From positions 1 to 64,000 of the IMG/VR virus record IMGVR_UViG_3300035663_000005: a DNA stretch of 64,000 bases; one strand, written 5' to 3'. The position numbers were made by a program, and so were the translations under genes. Positions 28,453 through 38,285 of the stretch are shown piece by piece; within the stretch, counting starts at the first letter, position 1; every line of letters starts with the position of its first letter. Origin of the DNA: a virus. Taxonomy: Duplodnaviria; Caudoviricetes. Below the pieces are notes generated by a model that saw only the letters and a program-made list of their open reading frames with translations, did no database searches and was not told the DNA's origin.

Positions 28453-29790
28453 TTATTGATTAATAATAGACAAACGAACTCTTTTTTTAGTCATAAAGTC
28501 ATTCAAAGTTGATTCAATGTAATCTAATTGTTCATCTGTTATGACTGGACTGGTTCCCAAGAAGAAGGTATCGGTTGTAACCTTTCTTGCATTAGGATAA
28601 TCTTTAACTACTCGCTCGGTATCCATCAGCCCTTCATACGCAGGCTGCAACATGATGTTGCCTGCAAAATACGGTCTAGTTTGAATCTTATTCTCTTCAA
28701 AGTAGTCAACAATATCCTTACGCTTGAATGGACATCCATCTTTCAAGGTTACTGCAAATGCAAACCAAGCAGGATCAGAATTTTCGGTTGCTTTTGGAAT
28801 GATGAAATGCTCTTCATACTTGGAGAACATTTTGCACAGTCTAGCATGGTTATGCTTTCGTATTTCAATAATCTTGGGTAATCTCTTAACCTGAACAAGA
28901 CCCATAGCAGCCTGTTGATCTGTAGGCTTCAGATTATAGCCTATCTCATCGTACACATATTTGTGGTCAAAAATCTCATTCGGTAGAGCAGGAAGCCAAT
29001 TTGAAAATCTCTTCTTGCAACTGCCGTTCTTCAGGAAATTCGCCTGCTTTCCTACGCAATAGCAACCTCTTCCCCACTCACGGAAACTTCTAGCAACAAT
29101 CTCTTGTTCCTTGGTGCGAGTTGCAACAAACCCACCTTCTCCCATAGTAATATGATGAGCAGGATAGAATGAACATGAAGCAAACTCACCAAAACTACCT
29201 AGAGATTTTCCTCCATAGGTTGATCCTAAAGCATCACAACAGTCTTCAAGTAAAACAAGATTGTATCGGTTAACAATCTCCATCAATCTATCCATGTTTG
29301 GAGGATTACCTAGAACATGAGCAAAAGTTATGATACGACACCCCTCCTTTGCTCGTTGTTCAACCTGATTCAAATTCAGATTCAAAGTATCCAAATCTAT
29401 ATCAACAAACACTGGCTCAAACCCGACTTGAAAAATTGGATTTATTGTAGTTGGGAATCCCGCGATGGGGGTTATTACTTTGGTTCCTTTTGGAAAATTG
29501 TTCAAACGCTTAGAGGTCATACACGACATCATTATCAAGTTTGAACTGCTTCCGCTGTTAGTTAAGATACCGTACTCTTTGCCCATCAGATTAGGGAACT
29601 GATGCTCAAAGCGAATACCGTTTGATCCTAAAACCAACCAGCCCTCAAGCAGAGTCTTTACCGATTCGGTGTATTCCTCCGTACCAAAATAAGGCCCTGC
29701 GTACTGAACCCAATCAACACCAGCCTTCCATTTCTTAGAAACTTGCTTTTCCTTAATGAAGTCTTCAACTGCTTTGAGTATGTGTTCCAT
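28453..29790 (-). CDS. rfbH: CDP-4-keto-6-deoxyglucose 3-dehydrase (RfbH/DdhC)
   Basis: NSGSSSNL, EDCCDALG, SFYPAHHITMGEGG (His in place of Lys), WGR.C.C..G....C, DHKY. Confidence 0.85.
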   Translation of the reverse strand: MEHILKAVEDFIKEKQVSKKWKAGVDWVQYAGPYFGTEEYTESVKTLLEGWLVLGSNGIRFEHQFPNLMGKEYGILTNSGSSSNLIMMSCMTSKRLNNFPKGTKVITPIAGFPTTINPIFQVGFEPVFVDIDLDTLNLNLNQVEQRAKEGCRIITFAHVLGNPPNMDRLMEIVNRYNLVLLEDCCDALGSTYGGKSLGSFGEFASCSFYPAHHITMGEGGFVATRTKEQEIVARSFREWGRGCYCVGKQANFLKNGSCKKRFSNWLPALPNEIFDHKYVYDEIGYNLKPTDQQAAMGLVQVKRLPKIIEIRKHNHARLCKMFSKYEEHFIIPKATENSDPAWFAFAVTLKDGCPFKRKDIVDYFEENKIQTRPYFAGNIMLQPAYEGLMDTERVVKDYPNARKVTTDTFFLGTSPVITDEQLDYIESTLNDFMTKKRVRLSIINQ

Positions 29791-29796
29791 AATGTA

Positions 29797-31359
29797 TTAG
29801 TGTATTCCAAATCCCCAATCATTCAAGTTGGGAATACTATATTTTGCCACACTTTCTTTGATAAACTTATACTTATAGTTAGTAGTTAAATCTTGATCTT
29901 TGTAAATATCAGAACGAACTTTTAATGGAAAAGAGAATTCTACAGGTTGCCAAGAAAAATTGTTAACAGATTTGTCGTACTCAGTATAATCAATAACATC
30001 TGCATTGAATCTATTCTTGTTAACATAGTCTTCAATTTTCCAGTAGTATTGCTTGACGGCAACAGCCTTTTTATCAATCCATTGCAAATGAGAAATGAAG
30101 ATGTTTGGAACCTGAATTGATAACTGATTCTTTGGTACAGGAATATGCTCAGAATGCATTTGACGATTCTTAAAAACTGCTCTATTTGAATAGGAGCCTA
30201 TACGATCAACCCAGTGTACTTGCCACTTTCCGTCTGTTCGTATTTGATTTTTGCCTACATATTGAATCCATTGGGTATAGAACAAAGTATCCTTATGGGC
30301 TTCAAGTATTCCTTTCAACTGCTCTTTTTTAATGTTGCCATCTATGTACTCATCTGAATCCAAGCAAATTATCTTGCTAGAGTATTTAAATGCTTCATCA
30401 AATAACATCTGTCTGGCATCAGACTCTATTGCCAACTTATCGTTGTCCCTGTCTATTTTTAAAATACTAACAATGTTATACTTGTTTGCATTTTCTTTTA
30501 GATACTGGTAAGTTCCGTCTGTACAACTATCCAATAAGAACACAAAAGCATCAGCATACTCCTTCCACACAGGAAGCATTTCTTTCAACAAGAACAGTTC
30601 ATCTCTAGTTCTAGTAATTTGCACTATCCAGCCATCATTAACCTTTGGTTCAATACTTTTAAAGCCATTTGCTTTTCGTGTTTCATAAATTGCTTGGTCA
30701 ACACTCGCACCCACTCGCATATTATGCTGCATCAATTCGTCTTGGTTTTCTGCCCACTTATGAACTATGGGGCGACGGTTAATGTGTCGTAGAACACCCA
30801 TCTGTTCAAACACTTCAGTCTGCTCGTTGTCACACCATTCAGACTTGTAATCTGGATGGTAGATGTATCCAAAGTGCTCGTACAGTTTTCTCCCAATAAC
30901 AGGTAGAGTGATTAGAGTCTTAAATCCGTCTGCTCCCTTTTGCTCTAGACGAGGATCATTGTTATAATTCAAAGATCCATTGGTATCGGGAAATTCTTTA
31001 GCCATATCTTCGGCTATGATATCGTCCCAACCATTTTCAACAGGCTCCATATCATCTGCTGTAGAAATCAAAATATCCCAAGGAGTGCTTGGAATATTTC
31101 GGTTTATTGCAGATATCTTCCCATTCTTCTCCCCGTAGAAATAAAGAACCGAGCACATATCAGTCTTAGGTAAGTTGTCCAAAAAGTGCTTGATTCTAGG
31201 ATTGTTTAGGAGTAGATCATCAGAATCCATGCTGATTACATAAGTGATCTTATGCTTACCTGATGCCTTTTCCATATAGGCACGAAGGTTGTTCATAAAC
31301 TTACCTGGTCTCTGACGAGTTGGGTACTTTAAAAGAAGATGCTTCTTATCGCTTTGCAT
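29797..31359 (-). CDS. Two-domain glycosyltransferase
   Basis: KYPTRQRP...ADDM...WCDNE domain followed by GT2-like D.CTDGT...LDSDE domain. Confidence 0.8.
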   Translation of the reverse strand: MQSDKKHLLLKYPTRQRPGKFMNNLRAYMEKASGKHKITYVISMDSDDLLLNNPRIKHFLDNLPKTDMCSVLYFYGEKNGKISAINRNIPSTPWDILISTADDMEPVENGWDDIIAEDMAKEFPDTNGSLNYNNDPRLEQKGADGFKTLITLPVIGRKLYEHFGYIYHPDYKSEWCDNEQTEVFEQMGVLRHINRRPIVHKWAENQDELMQHNMRVGASVDQAIYETRKANGFKSIEPKVNDGWIVQITRTRDELFLLKEMLPVWKEYADAFVFLLDSCTDGTYQYLKENANKYNIVSILKIDRDNDKLAIESDARQMLFDEAFKYSSKIICLDSDEYIDGNIKKEQLKGILEAHKDTLFYTQWIQYVGKNQIRTDGKWQVHWVDRIGSYSNRAVFKNRQMHSEHIPVPKNQLSIQVPNIFISHLQWIDKKAVAVKQYYWKIEDYVNKNRFNADVIDYTEYDKSVNNFSWQPVEFSFPLKVRSDIYKDQDLTTNYKYKFIKESVAKYSIPNLNDWGFGIH

Positions 31360-31960
31360 ATTGTATACTTTCCGATGTTCTGTCATCATATTGATAGTAG
31401 TGAAGCACTTTATCTAGGTGAGTTTCGCTTGTAACAAACGGATACATTCGTGAACACCAATCAATATCCTCTCCGTATGAAACTGCTCGGAACGGAATGT
31501 TTTTGGCAATCTTGCTTGCCCACACGCACATATGATATGGAGGACGCTTAATATCTCCTAGTGTTCCATCAGGATTGTGCTTAAGTCCTTCGTGAGGATT
31601 TCCCATACGGAAATCAACCTTGAACTCCTTACCATTTACCGTGCAATGCTGTTCAAAGGTAATCACATCCGCAGGGTTATTTCTCAAGGTTTCAATTAAA
31701 GTTGAGATATAATCTTCAGATACGGCATCATCATCATCCAAGAAAGCAACCCACTTACCTCTAGCAGATTGAATCAAAGCCTGACGCTTTTCTCCGATGC
31801 TCATGCTCTTATTGTCTACAAGAGTTAAAACCTCAACGCAGGTCTCATTTCCAATTTGTTCCAACAAACGATTGTAAGTTGGAATCAGACACTTCTCAAG
31901 ACGAGAAGGAATAGAAAGAATCAGAACACTTAGTAAAATTTGATTAGGAGGCGTTGGCAT
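31346..31960 (-). CDS. GT2-family glycosyltransferase
   Basis: SIGEKR..L, FLDDDD, YGED..W. Confidence 0.85.
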   Translation of the reverse strand: MPTPPNQILLSVLILSIPSRLEKCLIPTYNRLLEQIGNETCVEVLTLVDNKSMSIGEKRQALIQSARGKWVAFLDDDDAVSEDYISTLIETLRNNPADVITFEQHCTVNGKEFKVDFRMGNPHEGLKHNPDGTLGDIKRPPYHMCVWASKIAKNIPFRAVSYGEDIDWCSRMYPFVTSETHLDKVLHYYQYDDRTSESIQYAKR

Positions 31961-32633
31961 CTTGAGTTAAACCGAAACCGGCTTCCTTTCTTCTATTATA
32001 AACTGCGTTATCATGGGCGTACAGTTCTCGGTTCTCGTTACGCATATACAACGCATCTATTCCAATCTCTATCCAAAAGTGGCGAATGATAACGCGGTCA
32101 ATATAAGTTGCTTTTCTTAGAATTCTGCTGACATCAGTAAACTCATTGTCAGGAAACACACTGATGTATTCAGGATTGTAGATATAACCAAATCTTTCAA
32201 AATACTTCTTACCAAAGATGCAAAGAGTATTTAATCTCTCGCCCTGCTTGCCGTCATTGTAATGTAGAACACCATCACCATCAGGATAGTAGGTCTGCAT
32301 ATCCTGCATGATAATATCATCGTATCCATGAATCTGAGGAATCATATCGTCTGATGCAAGCAACATTACATCATAATCGCCTGCGTGTTCTAAATCAGCA
32401 TTAATGGCTTCTATCTTGGTTTTTGAATTGCCCCAAAATGCTTTAACCAAATCGCCTTGCTTGGCAATCCAGTTACGCATACCAGGATTGTTCATAGTGA
32501 CATCATCAAGATCAAACGAGCATAAAAACCTAACATCGTGCTTACCGGATGCCATATTCTTATAGAGATTAAATACCTCCATGAACTTAGCCGGACGCGA
32601 TCTGCTTGGTAACTTAATCAGAAGTTTCGCCAT
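31944..32633 (-). CDS. GT-A fold glycosyltransferase
   Basis: PSRSRP, KIEAIN, ASDDM, DNEFT; paralog of N-domain of 29797..31359. Confidence 0.8.
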   Translation of the reverse strand: MAKLLIKLPSRSRPAKFMEVFNLYKNMASGKHDVRFLCSFDLDDVTMNNPGMRNWIAKQGDLVKAFWGNSKTKIEAINADLEHAGDYDVMLLASDDMIPQIHGYDDIIMQDMQTYYPDGDGVLHYNDGKQGERLNTLCIFGKKYFERFGYIYNPEYISVFPDNEFTDVSRILRKATYIDRVIIRHFWIEIGIDALYMRNENRELYAHDNAVYNRRKEAGFGLTQDANAS

Positions 32634-32913
32634 GTAGTTCCGCCTCTTCTTTAAACTCTTCTATAGTACAACGATTTACAAGCACAGGAGTTCCTTCTCC
32701 AAGATACCCACCAAGTGTATTCACTTCCAACCACTCGTAAGCATCAACCACATCCATACCCTGTGCCACTAAAATGTCTAGACACTTTTCGTAATCATAG
32801 ACAGCCACAGGCATGGTCTGCCCAAACTTACGCAGGTTGCCTAAGAACGCGGCTTCAAACTCAGGATAGACGATTATCTCATCATTCCGCTTCAACGGTT
32901 TCCGAGGTTTCAT
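32614..32913 (-). CDS. Conserved phage hypothetical protein
   Basis: AFLG...VAVYD..KC...A.EW...NT.GGY.GE.TP. Confidence 0.65.
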   Translation of the reverse strand: MKPRKPLKRNDEIIVYPEFEAAFLGNLRKFGQTMPVAVYDYEKCLDILVAQGMDVVDAYEWLEVNTLGGYLGEGTPVLVNRCTIEEFKEEAELHGETSD

Positions 32914-33946
32914 TGGTGTTTGCTCCTTCCTGGTCAGAGCCATACTTGAACTCTTTGGCTGCTGCTGTTTCCAAAGCCTTCATCACTTCTTCGGTGAAAT
33001 ACTTGGTTGGATTCTTCACAATCTGGCTTTCGAAGGCGGTTGTGCCGTTTGGCAATTCAATCTTGGTGGAAACCTTCTTGAACACTCCCTGCTTCAGAGC
33101 AAGGTCAACCAAACCGTAGTATCGGTCAAGTCCCTTATCAAAGGTTAGAAGAACATCAATCATCTTATTCTCTCGGGTAAGACGACCCTTGTAGAGTTTG
33201 CAATGAACAATATTGCCAACCACTTCGTCATCCACCTTGTGCTTCTTCTTGGAAAGATACACGATGGTTGAAGCCGCATACTTAAGTCCTGTGCCACCAC
33301 CCATCTCCTTGGTTGGCACATACGCACCCACTACCTCGTAGGTGTGATTGGTGACAATCATAGGAATGTTATGCAGACCCAACTTCAAGGTAAGCACACG
33401 GAACGCACCCTTGATAACCTGAGCGCGAGTCATGTCTCGCACTTCCTTGCCTTCCAAGGTATCGTTGGTTTCCTTAGAAGTGCTCAACATTCCGAGCGAG
33501 TCCAACACCACAAAGAACGGCTTACGCTTCTTCTCGTCCAACTTACCGTAGTTGTCGATGATTTGCAGCAACTGATGACGGAACTGCTCCACGGTTGCCA
33601 CAGGGAATACGGCAACGCGATTCGGGTCAAGTCCGCGTGACTTAATCATATCGCTAGTTACAGCCTGTTCGGAGTCAAAGTAAAGAATCGCTCCTTCAGG
33701 ATTATCGTTCAAGAACTGTGCGGCGATACCCAAAGCAAAATAAGTCTTGCCTGTGGCAGACTCGCCTGCGATACCTAGAATCTTGTTGTTGGCAATACCG
33801 CCAGTCAGAGAGCCTGACAGAAGAGCGTTGAAAGAATACGAGCCAGTATCCACAAAGCCCGTGATATCTCCTTCAACTCCATCTTCGGCTAGCGAAGCAA
33901 ACTCATTACCTGATGCACGAATCATACTCTTTAAAAAGTCACTCAT
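32882..33946 (-). CDS. uvsX: RecA-like recombinase
   Basis: [37 protein letters not shown]. Confidence 0.95.
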   Translation of the reverse strand: MSDFLKSMIRASGNEFASLAEDGVEGDITGFVDTGSYSFNALLSGSLTGGIANNKILGIAGESATGKTYFALGIAAQFLNDNPEGAILYFDSEQAVTSDMIKSRGLDPNRVAVFPVATVEQFRHQLLQIIDNYGKLDEKKRKPFFVVLDSLGMLSTSKETNDTLEGKEVRDMTRAQVIKGAFRVLTLKLGLHNIPMIVTNHTYEVVGAYVPTKEMGGGTGLKYAASTIVYLSKKKHKVDDEVVGNIVHCKLYKGRLTRENKMIDVLLTFDKGLDRYYGLVDLALKQGVFKKVSTKIELPNGTTAFESQIVKNPTKYFTEEVMKALETAAAKEFKYGSDQEGANTNETSETVEAE

Positions 33947-33966
33947 TGTGTATTCTCCATTGTGTT

Positions 33967-33995
33967 ATTGTATCACACTTTTTGTTTCCAGTCAA
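33967..33995 (-). promoter_or_regulatory. Sigma70-like promoter for uvsX
   Basis: TTGACT-N17-TACAAT. Confidence 0.55.
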
Positions 33996-34140
33996 GTCTT
34001 TTAAGAGCGTCCCTCACTCTTTTCCGTTTTTCTCGTAGTTCATGTTCATGGTATCGTTTATCTTTAATGTGTTCGGTTATTATGTGAAAAACCACTAATA
34101 TTGTAAAACATAAACTAGTTATAAAAATTATTCCATTCAT
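33973..34140 (-). CDS. Small membrane protein (55 aa, not in ORF track)
   Basis: Manual translation MNGIIFITSLCFTILVVFHII...REKRKRVRDALKRLDWKQKV; ATGA overlap with polymerase stop. Confidence 0.55.
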   Translation of the reverse strand: MNGIIFITSLCFTILVVFHIITEHIKDKRYHEHELREKRKRVRDALKRLDWKQKV

Positions 34141-36674
34141 GTCCATGTGAACAAGCCTTCTAGACTGCTAACTTCTCGCATCTGCCACCCGATTACATTT
34201 AAGATTGCGTTCAGAGGTTCTTCGAACGACTTCTCAAATTGAGTGTCATAGTCTATGTATTTCGCCTCTAGTCCAAACTCCTTGGGAATTCCGGCTGAAA
34301 AAGAAATAACCTTGTCACGAATCGGATTGGGAACTCGCAGATAAACATACTTAATTTTCTCACCATCGCCAATTTTAGGATATCGCTTTCCTAAATCCTT
34401 TTCACGAAGCCAATGGTTATACAATAAGGCTCCCTTAACATGAAGCGGAGTAGACTTGCGATAGATGGTGGTGTCATCCCGATACTCTTTCAATCCGTTG
34501 CATCCACGCGGGAACGCAATTTCTTCCACCGAACGAGCAAAGAAGTCAGTCTTAAACTCGGCAACATATTCTCGCAATTCAGATTCTTTGCCCACCATGA
34601 TAATACCGATGGCTTTCTTTAAAGCATCACGAACAATCTCAGGGGTGCTACTCTTCGCGGTTTCAAGACCCATGATTTTAGTTTCAGGCTTGCTCAAAAG
34701 AACATCATCTTCTCCCATCCAAATGCTCAACATGTAACGCTTCTTGGCTGTCCAAATGCCCTTGGAAGAAATGCCTTCTCGCTTCATTCTCATCTTTTGA
34801 GCGTAGGCGTTCTGTTGTTCTGCAAGAGCAGCGTATTGCTTATCAATGAACGGCTGCAACACCTCGTTGCAGAACTTGTTCAAGAACTTTGTAATCTTTT
34901 GTGGGTCAGTTTCGTTGGGCATCACTTGCTTTACAAGCGAGCCTAATCGCAGATATACGGAATCGGTATCTGATGCTATCACATAATCGACTCCTGTGGT
35001 CTTCAGGGTTTTATTCAAGAATCCATTCAAGCCGTTCTCAATCCAACGAATGGATACCTGTCCTGAGATGGTGATAGCCTCGGCAATCTCTTGGTCGTAA
35101 TAGCGGAAGTATTGATTGCCGCAAGCACCGAATGCCGAGTTCAATTGAATCTTACGAACCAACTGAAAGTTGTGGAACTTTGTAATGTCAAGTTTTAGTT
35201 GTGCTTCCTGTTCAGGTGTAGGATTCACAAGTTTCTTTAAAGCGGCTTTGGCTTCCAACATCTTCTTCTTGAAAGCCTTGCGTTCCTCATACATGGTTTC
35301 CATAAGTTTCGGCAAGAATCCTTGTGTATCCTTGCGAAACGCTACACAGTTTCCTGCTACACTAAGATTCTTGGCTCGCATGTTATCAAGATAATCTCTC
35401 GCGCCTGCGCTCGCACCCGCGCCCGCGAGGAAGTCGTTCACACTAAACTTGTTGCGAGTTCCTGCATTAGTCTTGGTTTCAGGAGACAGATTGTATTGCA
35501 TGATAAGATGCGGATACAGCGAGTCCAAGTCAAAACTCACAACCCAATCGTGCGCTCCAACGATAGGGTCTTTCACATACGCACCTTCAAACTTATCTTC
35601 CTTGTCTTCCGCATTTCCCTTCATGGGAATCGCAATTCGCTTCTTGGTTAGGTGATGGTAGATGATGGCATCCCATGTGCGAACCTGCGAGAACACATCG
35701 TTCAGATTCACCTTGGCGGAATACGCAAGTGCTAGAGCAAGTTCCATCAGTTTAAGTTTGTTCTCAAGCATTCCTACAAGTAGAGTATCGTGGTGATTAT
35801 ACTCCATGAATCGTTGGAAATCATTCTTGTAGAATTCTGCTAGAGTCCCATCGTAGTGTTTCTTGCGCTCGCCCAACTCCACCCAAACAATATGGTCAAG
35901 TTTATAGGTTTCGCGGGTCACATAAGTGAACTTACGATACAGGTCAAAGTAGTCCAAGGTAGCAATACCTAGCAGGTCATACACCTCGTTCTTCTTGTTC
36001 ATTACTTCCACTTCGCGGGAACGAATCTCTCGCCAAGGAGAAAGACGCATGGCTTCCTTCTCGTCAAACAGGCGAGTGATACGATTCACAAGATACGGAA
36101 TATCAAAGAAGTTGACATTCCATCCTGTCACAATGTCTATATCCATTGCTTCCCACGCTGCAAGGAAGTCTCGCAACATGTGCTTCTCATCGTCGTATTG
36201 GAAACACTTGGCATCAGGAATGTTAAACTCACCCAATCCAAACACCAACACCTTGTTTCCCACCTTCAGAGTGATGGCGTTCACTCGTTCGGTTGCAGTC
36301 TTGATGGACGGAAAGCCTCCCTCGCATTCCGTCTCAATATCAATAAAAGCCACCTTTAGTTTAGACGGGTCGTATTCCACTTCATTCGGAAACGCTTCAC
36401 CAATGTATTGATACAACCACTCCGTATTTCCAAATATTTCAAAGCCTGCCACTCCCTTGTATTCGTTGATGAAATCCTTGGAATCGCGGATGGAACCAGG
36501 CTTGAAAGGCTCAACATACTTGCCGTCAAGAGTCTGCCACTCAGTCTTTTTACCCTTCGCAGGCACAAACAAAGTAGGCATGAACGGAACCTTTTCGGCT
36601 ATCCGCTTGCCGTTCTCGTATCCACGATAAAGGATATGAGAACCTCTAACAGCAACATGGGTGTAAAATTTCAC
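34137..36674 (-). CDS. Family B DNA polymerase (T4 gp43-like)
   Basis: DIET exonuclease, SFDLDSLYPH, K...NS.FG, SDTDS, KKRY. Confidence 0.97.
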   Translation of the reverse strand: MKFYTHVAVRGSHILYRGYENGKRIAEKVPFMPTLFVPAKGKKTEWQTLDGKYVEPFKPGSIRDSKDFINEYKGVAGFEIFGNTEWLYQYIGEAFPNEVEYDPSKLKVAFIDIETECEGGFPSIKTATERVNAITLKVGNKVLVFGLGEFNIPDAKCFQYDDEKHMLRDFLAAWEAMDIDIVTGWNVNFFDIPYLVNRITRLFDEKEAMRLSPWREIRSREVEVMNKKNEVYDLLGIATLDYFDLYRKFTYVTRETYKLDHIVWVELGERKKHYDGTLAEFYKNDFQRFMEYNHHDTLLVGMLENKLKLMELALALAYSAKVNLNDVFSQVRTWDAIIYHHLTKKRIAIPMKGNAEDKEDKFEGAYVKDPIVGAHDWVVSFDLDSLYPHLIMQYNLSPETKTNAGTRNKFSVNDFLAGAGASAGARDYLDNMRAKNLSVAGNCVAFRKDTQGFLPKLMETMYEERKAFKKKMLEAKAALKKLVNPTPEQEAQLKLDITKFHNFQLVRKIQLNSAFGACGNQYFRYYDQEIAEAITISGQVSIRWIENGLNGFLNKTLKTTGVDYVIASDTDSVYLRLGSLVKQVMPNETDPQKITKFLNKFCNEVLQPFIDKQYAALAEQQNAYAQKMRMKREGISSKGIWTAKKRYMLSIWMGEDDVLLSKPETKIMGLETAKSSTPEIVRDALKKAIGIIMVGKESELREYVAEFKTDFFARSVEEIAFPRGCNGLKEYRDDTTIYRKSTPLHVKGALLYNHWLREKDLGKRYPKIGDGEKIKYVYLRVPNPIRDKVISFSAGIPKEFGLEAKYIDYDTQFEKSFEEPLNAILNVIGWQMREVSSLEGLFTWT

Positions 36675-36943
36675 TTGTCCTCTCGTTCAACCATTGAAAT
36701 CCAATCCTGATGAATCAGATTGTTTCTGCCGTATCCTTGTCCACGAATCTTGGAAATATCCCACAGCACCTTGTCGCCAACCTTGACATCTTCGGTGAGT
36801 TTATCGCCAACAGAAATCACCGTGCTCCACACCAACTGCGAGTTAATCTTCTCGGTGTAGATGATACCTTCTGAGGTCTTCTTTTCACCACCACCAACAG
36901 TCTGCACTTCAATCCACTTACCAATCGGTCTCAACTTGTTCAT
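36671..36943 (-). CDS. GroES-like co-chaperonin
   Basis: LRP.G...KTSEGII...VISVG....VKVGDKVL. Confidence 0.8.
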   Translation of the reverse strand: MNKLRPIGKWIEVQTVGGGEKKTSEGIIYTEKINSQLVWSTVISVGDKLTEDVKVGDKVLWDISKIRGQGYGRNNLIHQDWISMVEREDK

Positions 36944-37887
36944 GCTAAAAATCCTTGTAATGAGTTTGCCACTTCTTCACGAATTCGGTCTTCCGCAATC
37001 TTAACATACTCGGGGTTCAATTCGGTTCCCACATAGTTTCTACCATTGTTCAAAGCCACCACAGCGGTTGTGCCGCTGCCTGTGAACGGGTCAAATACCG
37101 TTCCACCAACAGGCGAACCTGCAAGAACACATGGAGTAATTAGTTCCTTGGGATACACCGCAAAGTGTGCGCCCTTGTATCCCTTGGTGTTCACAGTCCA
37201 CACGGAACGCTTGTTCTTCTTGCCGTCTGCGCCCCACAATCTCTCAGGCTCTAAAGCAGGGTCACGGGCTCCCTTATCTTCAGGTTGTGTGCGATTCTTG
37301 TTGCCAGGAGCATGCGGAGGACTAACAGCGGCTTCCTTGATGGCTTCATGGTCATAATAGTAGTGCGACTTCTTGGAGAGCATGAAAATGTATTCGTGAG
37401 CACGGGTGCATCGGTCGGTAACACTCTCAGGCATAGGATTAGGCTTGTGCCAAACAATATCTTGACGCAACCACCAACCATCGGCTTGCAAGGCAAACGC
37501 TACTCGCCACGGAATTCCAATCAGGTCTTTCGTCTTTAATCCCTTTTGGTCTTTACGATTGCCTGGCACAAAGTCGGTTGGCATACCACGCTGACCACCG
37601 ATGGTTTGTGGTGGAGGAGCACAATTCTTTGCTGCCATGTAAGAATCGCCAAGATTCAACCAAAGTGTTCCGTCATCACGAAGAATACGACGCACCTCGC
37701 GGAACACCTCCACCATCTTCTGCACATACTCTTCTACAGTTTCTTCCTGACCGATTTCCTCATCTCCACCCTCGTAGGAACGCAAGCCGAAATACGGTGG
37801 GGAAGTTACGCAAGTGTGAATGCAGCCATCGGGCAGCGTCTTCATGCCTGCTATACAATCACCAAGAATGATGCGATGTGTGTTCAT
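36940..37887 (-). CDS. DNA amino-methyltransferase (N4C/N6A, beta class)
   Basis: TSPPY N-terminal, W.KPNPMPES, HFA.YP, DPF.GSGTT C-terminal. Confidence 0.92.
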   Translation of the reverse strand: MNTHRIILGDCIAGMKTLPDGCIHTCVTSPPYFGLRSYEGGDEEIGQEETVEEYVQKMVEVFREVRRILRDDGTLWLNLGDSYMAAKNCAPPPQTIGGQRGMPTDFVPGNRKDQKGLKTKDLIGIPWRVAFALQADGWWLRQDIVWHKPNPMPESVTDRCTRAHEYIFMLSKKSHYYYDHEAIKEAAVSPPHAPGNKNRTQPEDKGARDPALEPERLWGADGKKNKRSVWTVNTKGYKGAHFAVYPKELITPCVLAGSPVGGTVFDPFTGSGTTAVVALNNGRNYVGTELNPEYVKIAEDRIREEVANSLQGFLA

Positions 37888-38285
37888 CCAATATCTCCAT
37901 ACTTGGTTCCACGCACAAAGAACTGCTCTTCGTGCCACTCAAAACCAAAGCATTCTCTAGCATAATTCAAAATGATATCCTTGTCAAACTTGTTGCAGGA
38001 ATAAACATCAAGCGTAATGAATCGCTTTGGCTCCATTGAGTGAATCTGAATACCACTCTCAATGAGTGGAACCCAACCACTCACTCCTGCCTTGTCGGGA
38101 TATAGTTCCGTGCCGTGATTGGTTGGACCGTGCATTACTACAGGCTGACTCATGCGAGTCATACCAATCTTGTCTACAACTCGTTCAAGAAAGCGATAGT
38201 GCAACTCCAAGTCATCGGCTGCACCGACGCGGCAATTATACATGTCCAAATAGTAAGAATATCCGAATGGTTTAATTTCACTCAT
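37884..38285 (-). CDS. S-adenosylmethionine decarboxylase-like pyruvoyl proenzyme
   Basis: GVSG..PLIE-SGIQIHS self-cleavage site, LDVYSC..F, RG. Confidence 0.8.
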   Translation of the reverse strand: MSEIKPFGYSYYLDMYNCRVGAADDLELHYRFLERVVDKIGMTRMSQPVVMHGPTNHGTELYPDKAGVSGWVPLIESGIQIHSMEPKRFITLDVYSCNKFDKDIILNYARECFGFEWHEEQFFVRGTKYGDIG

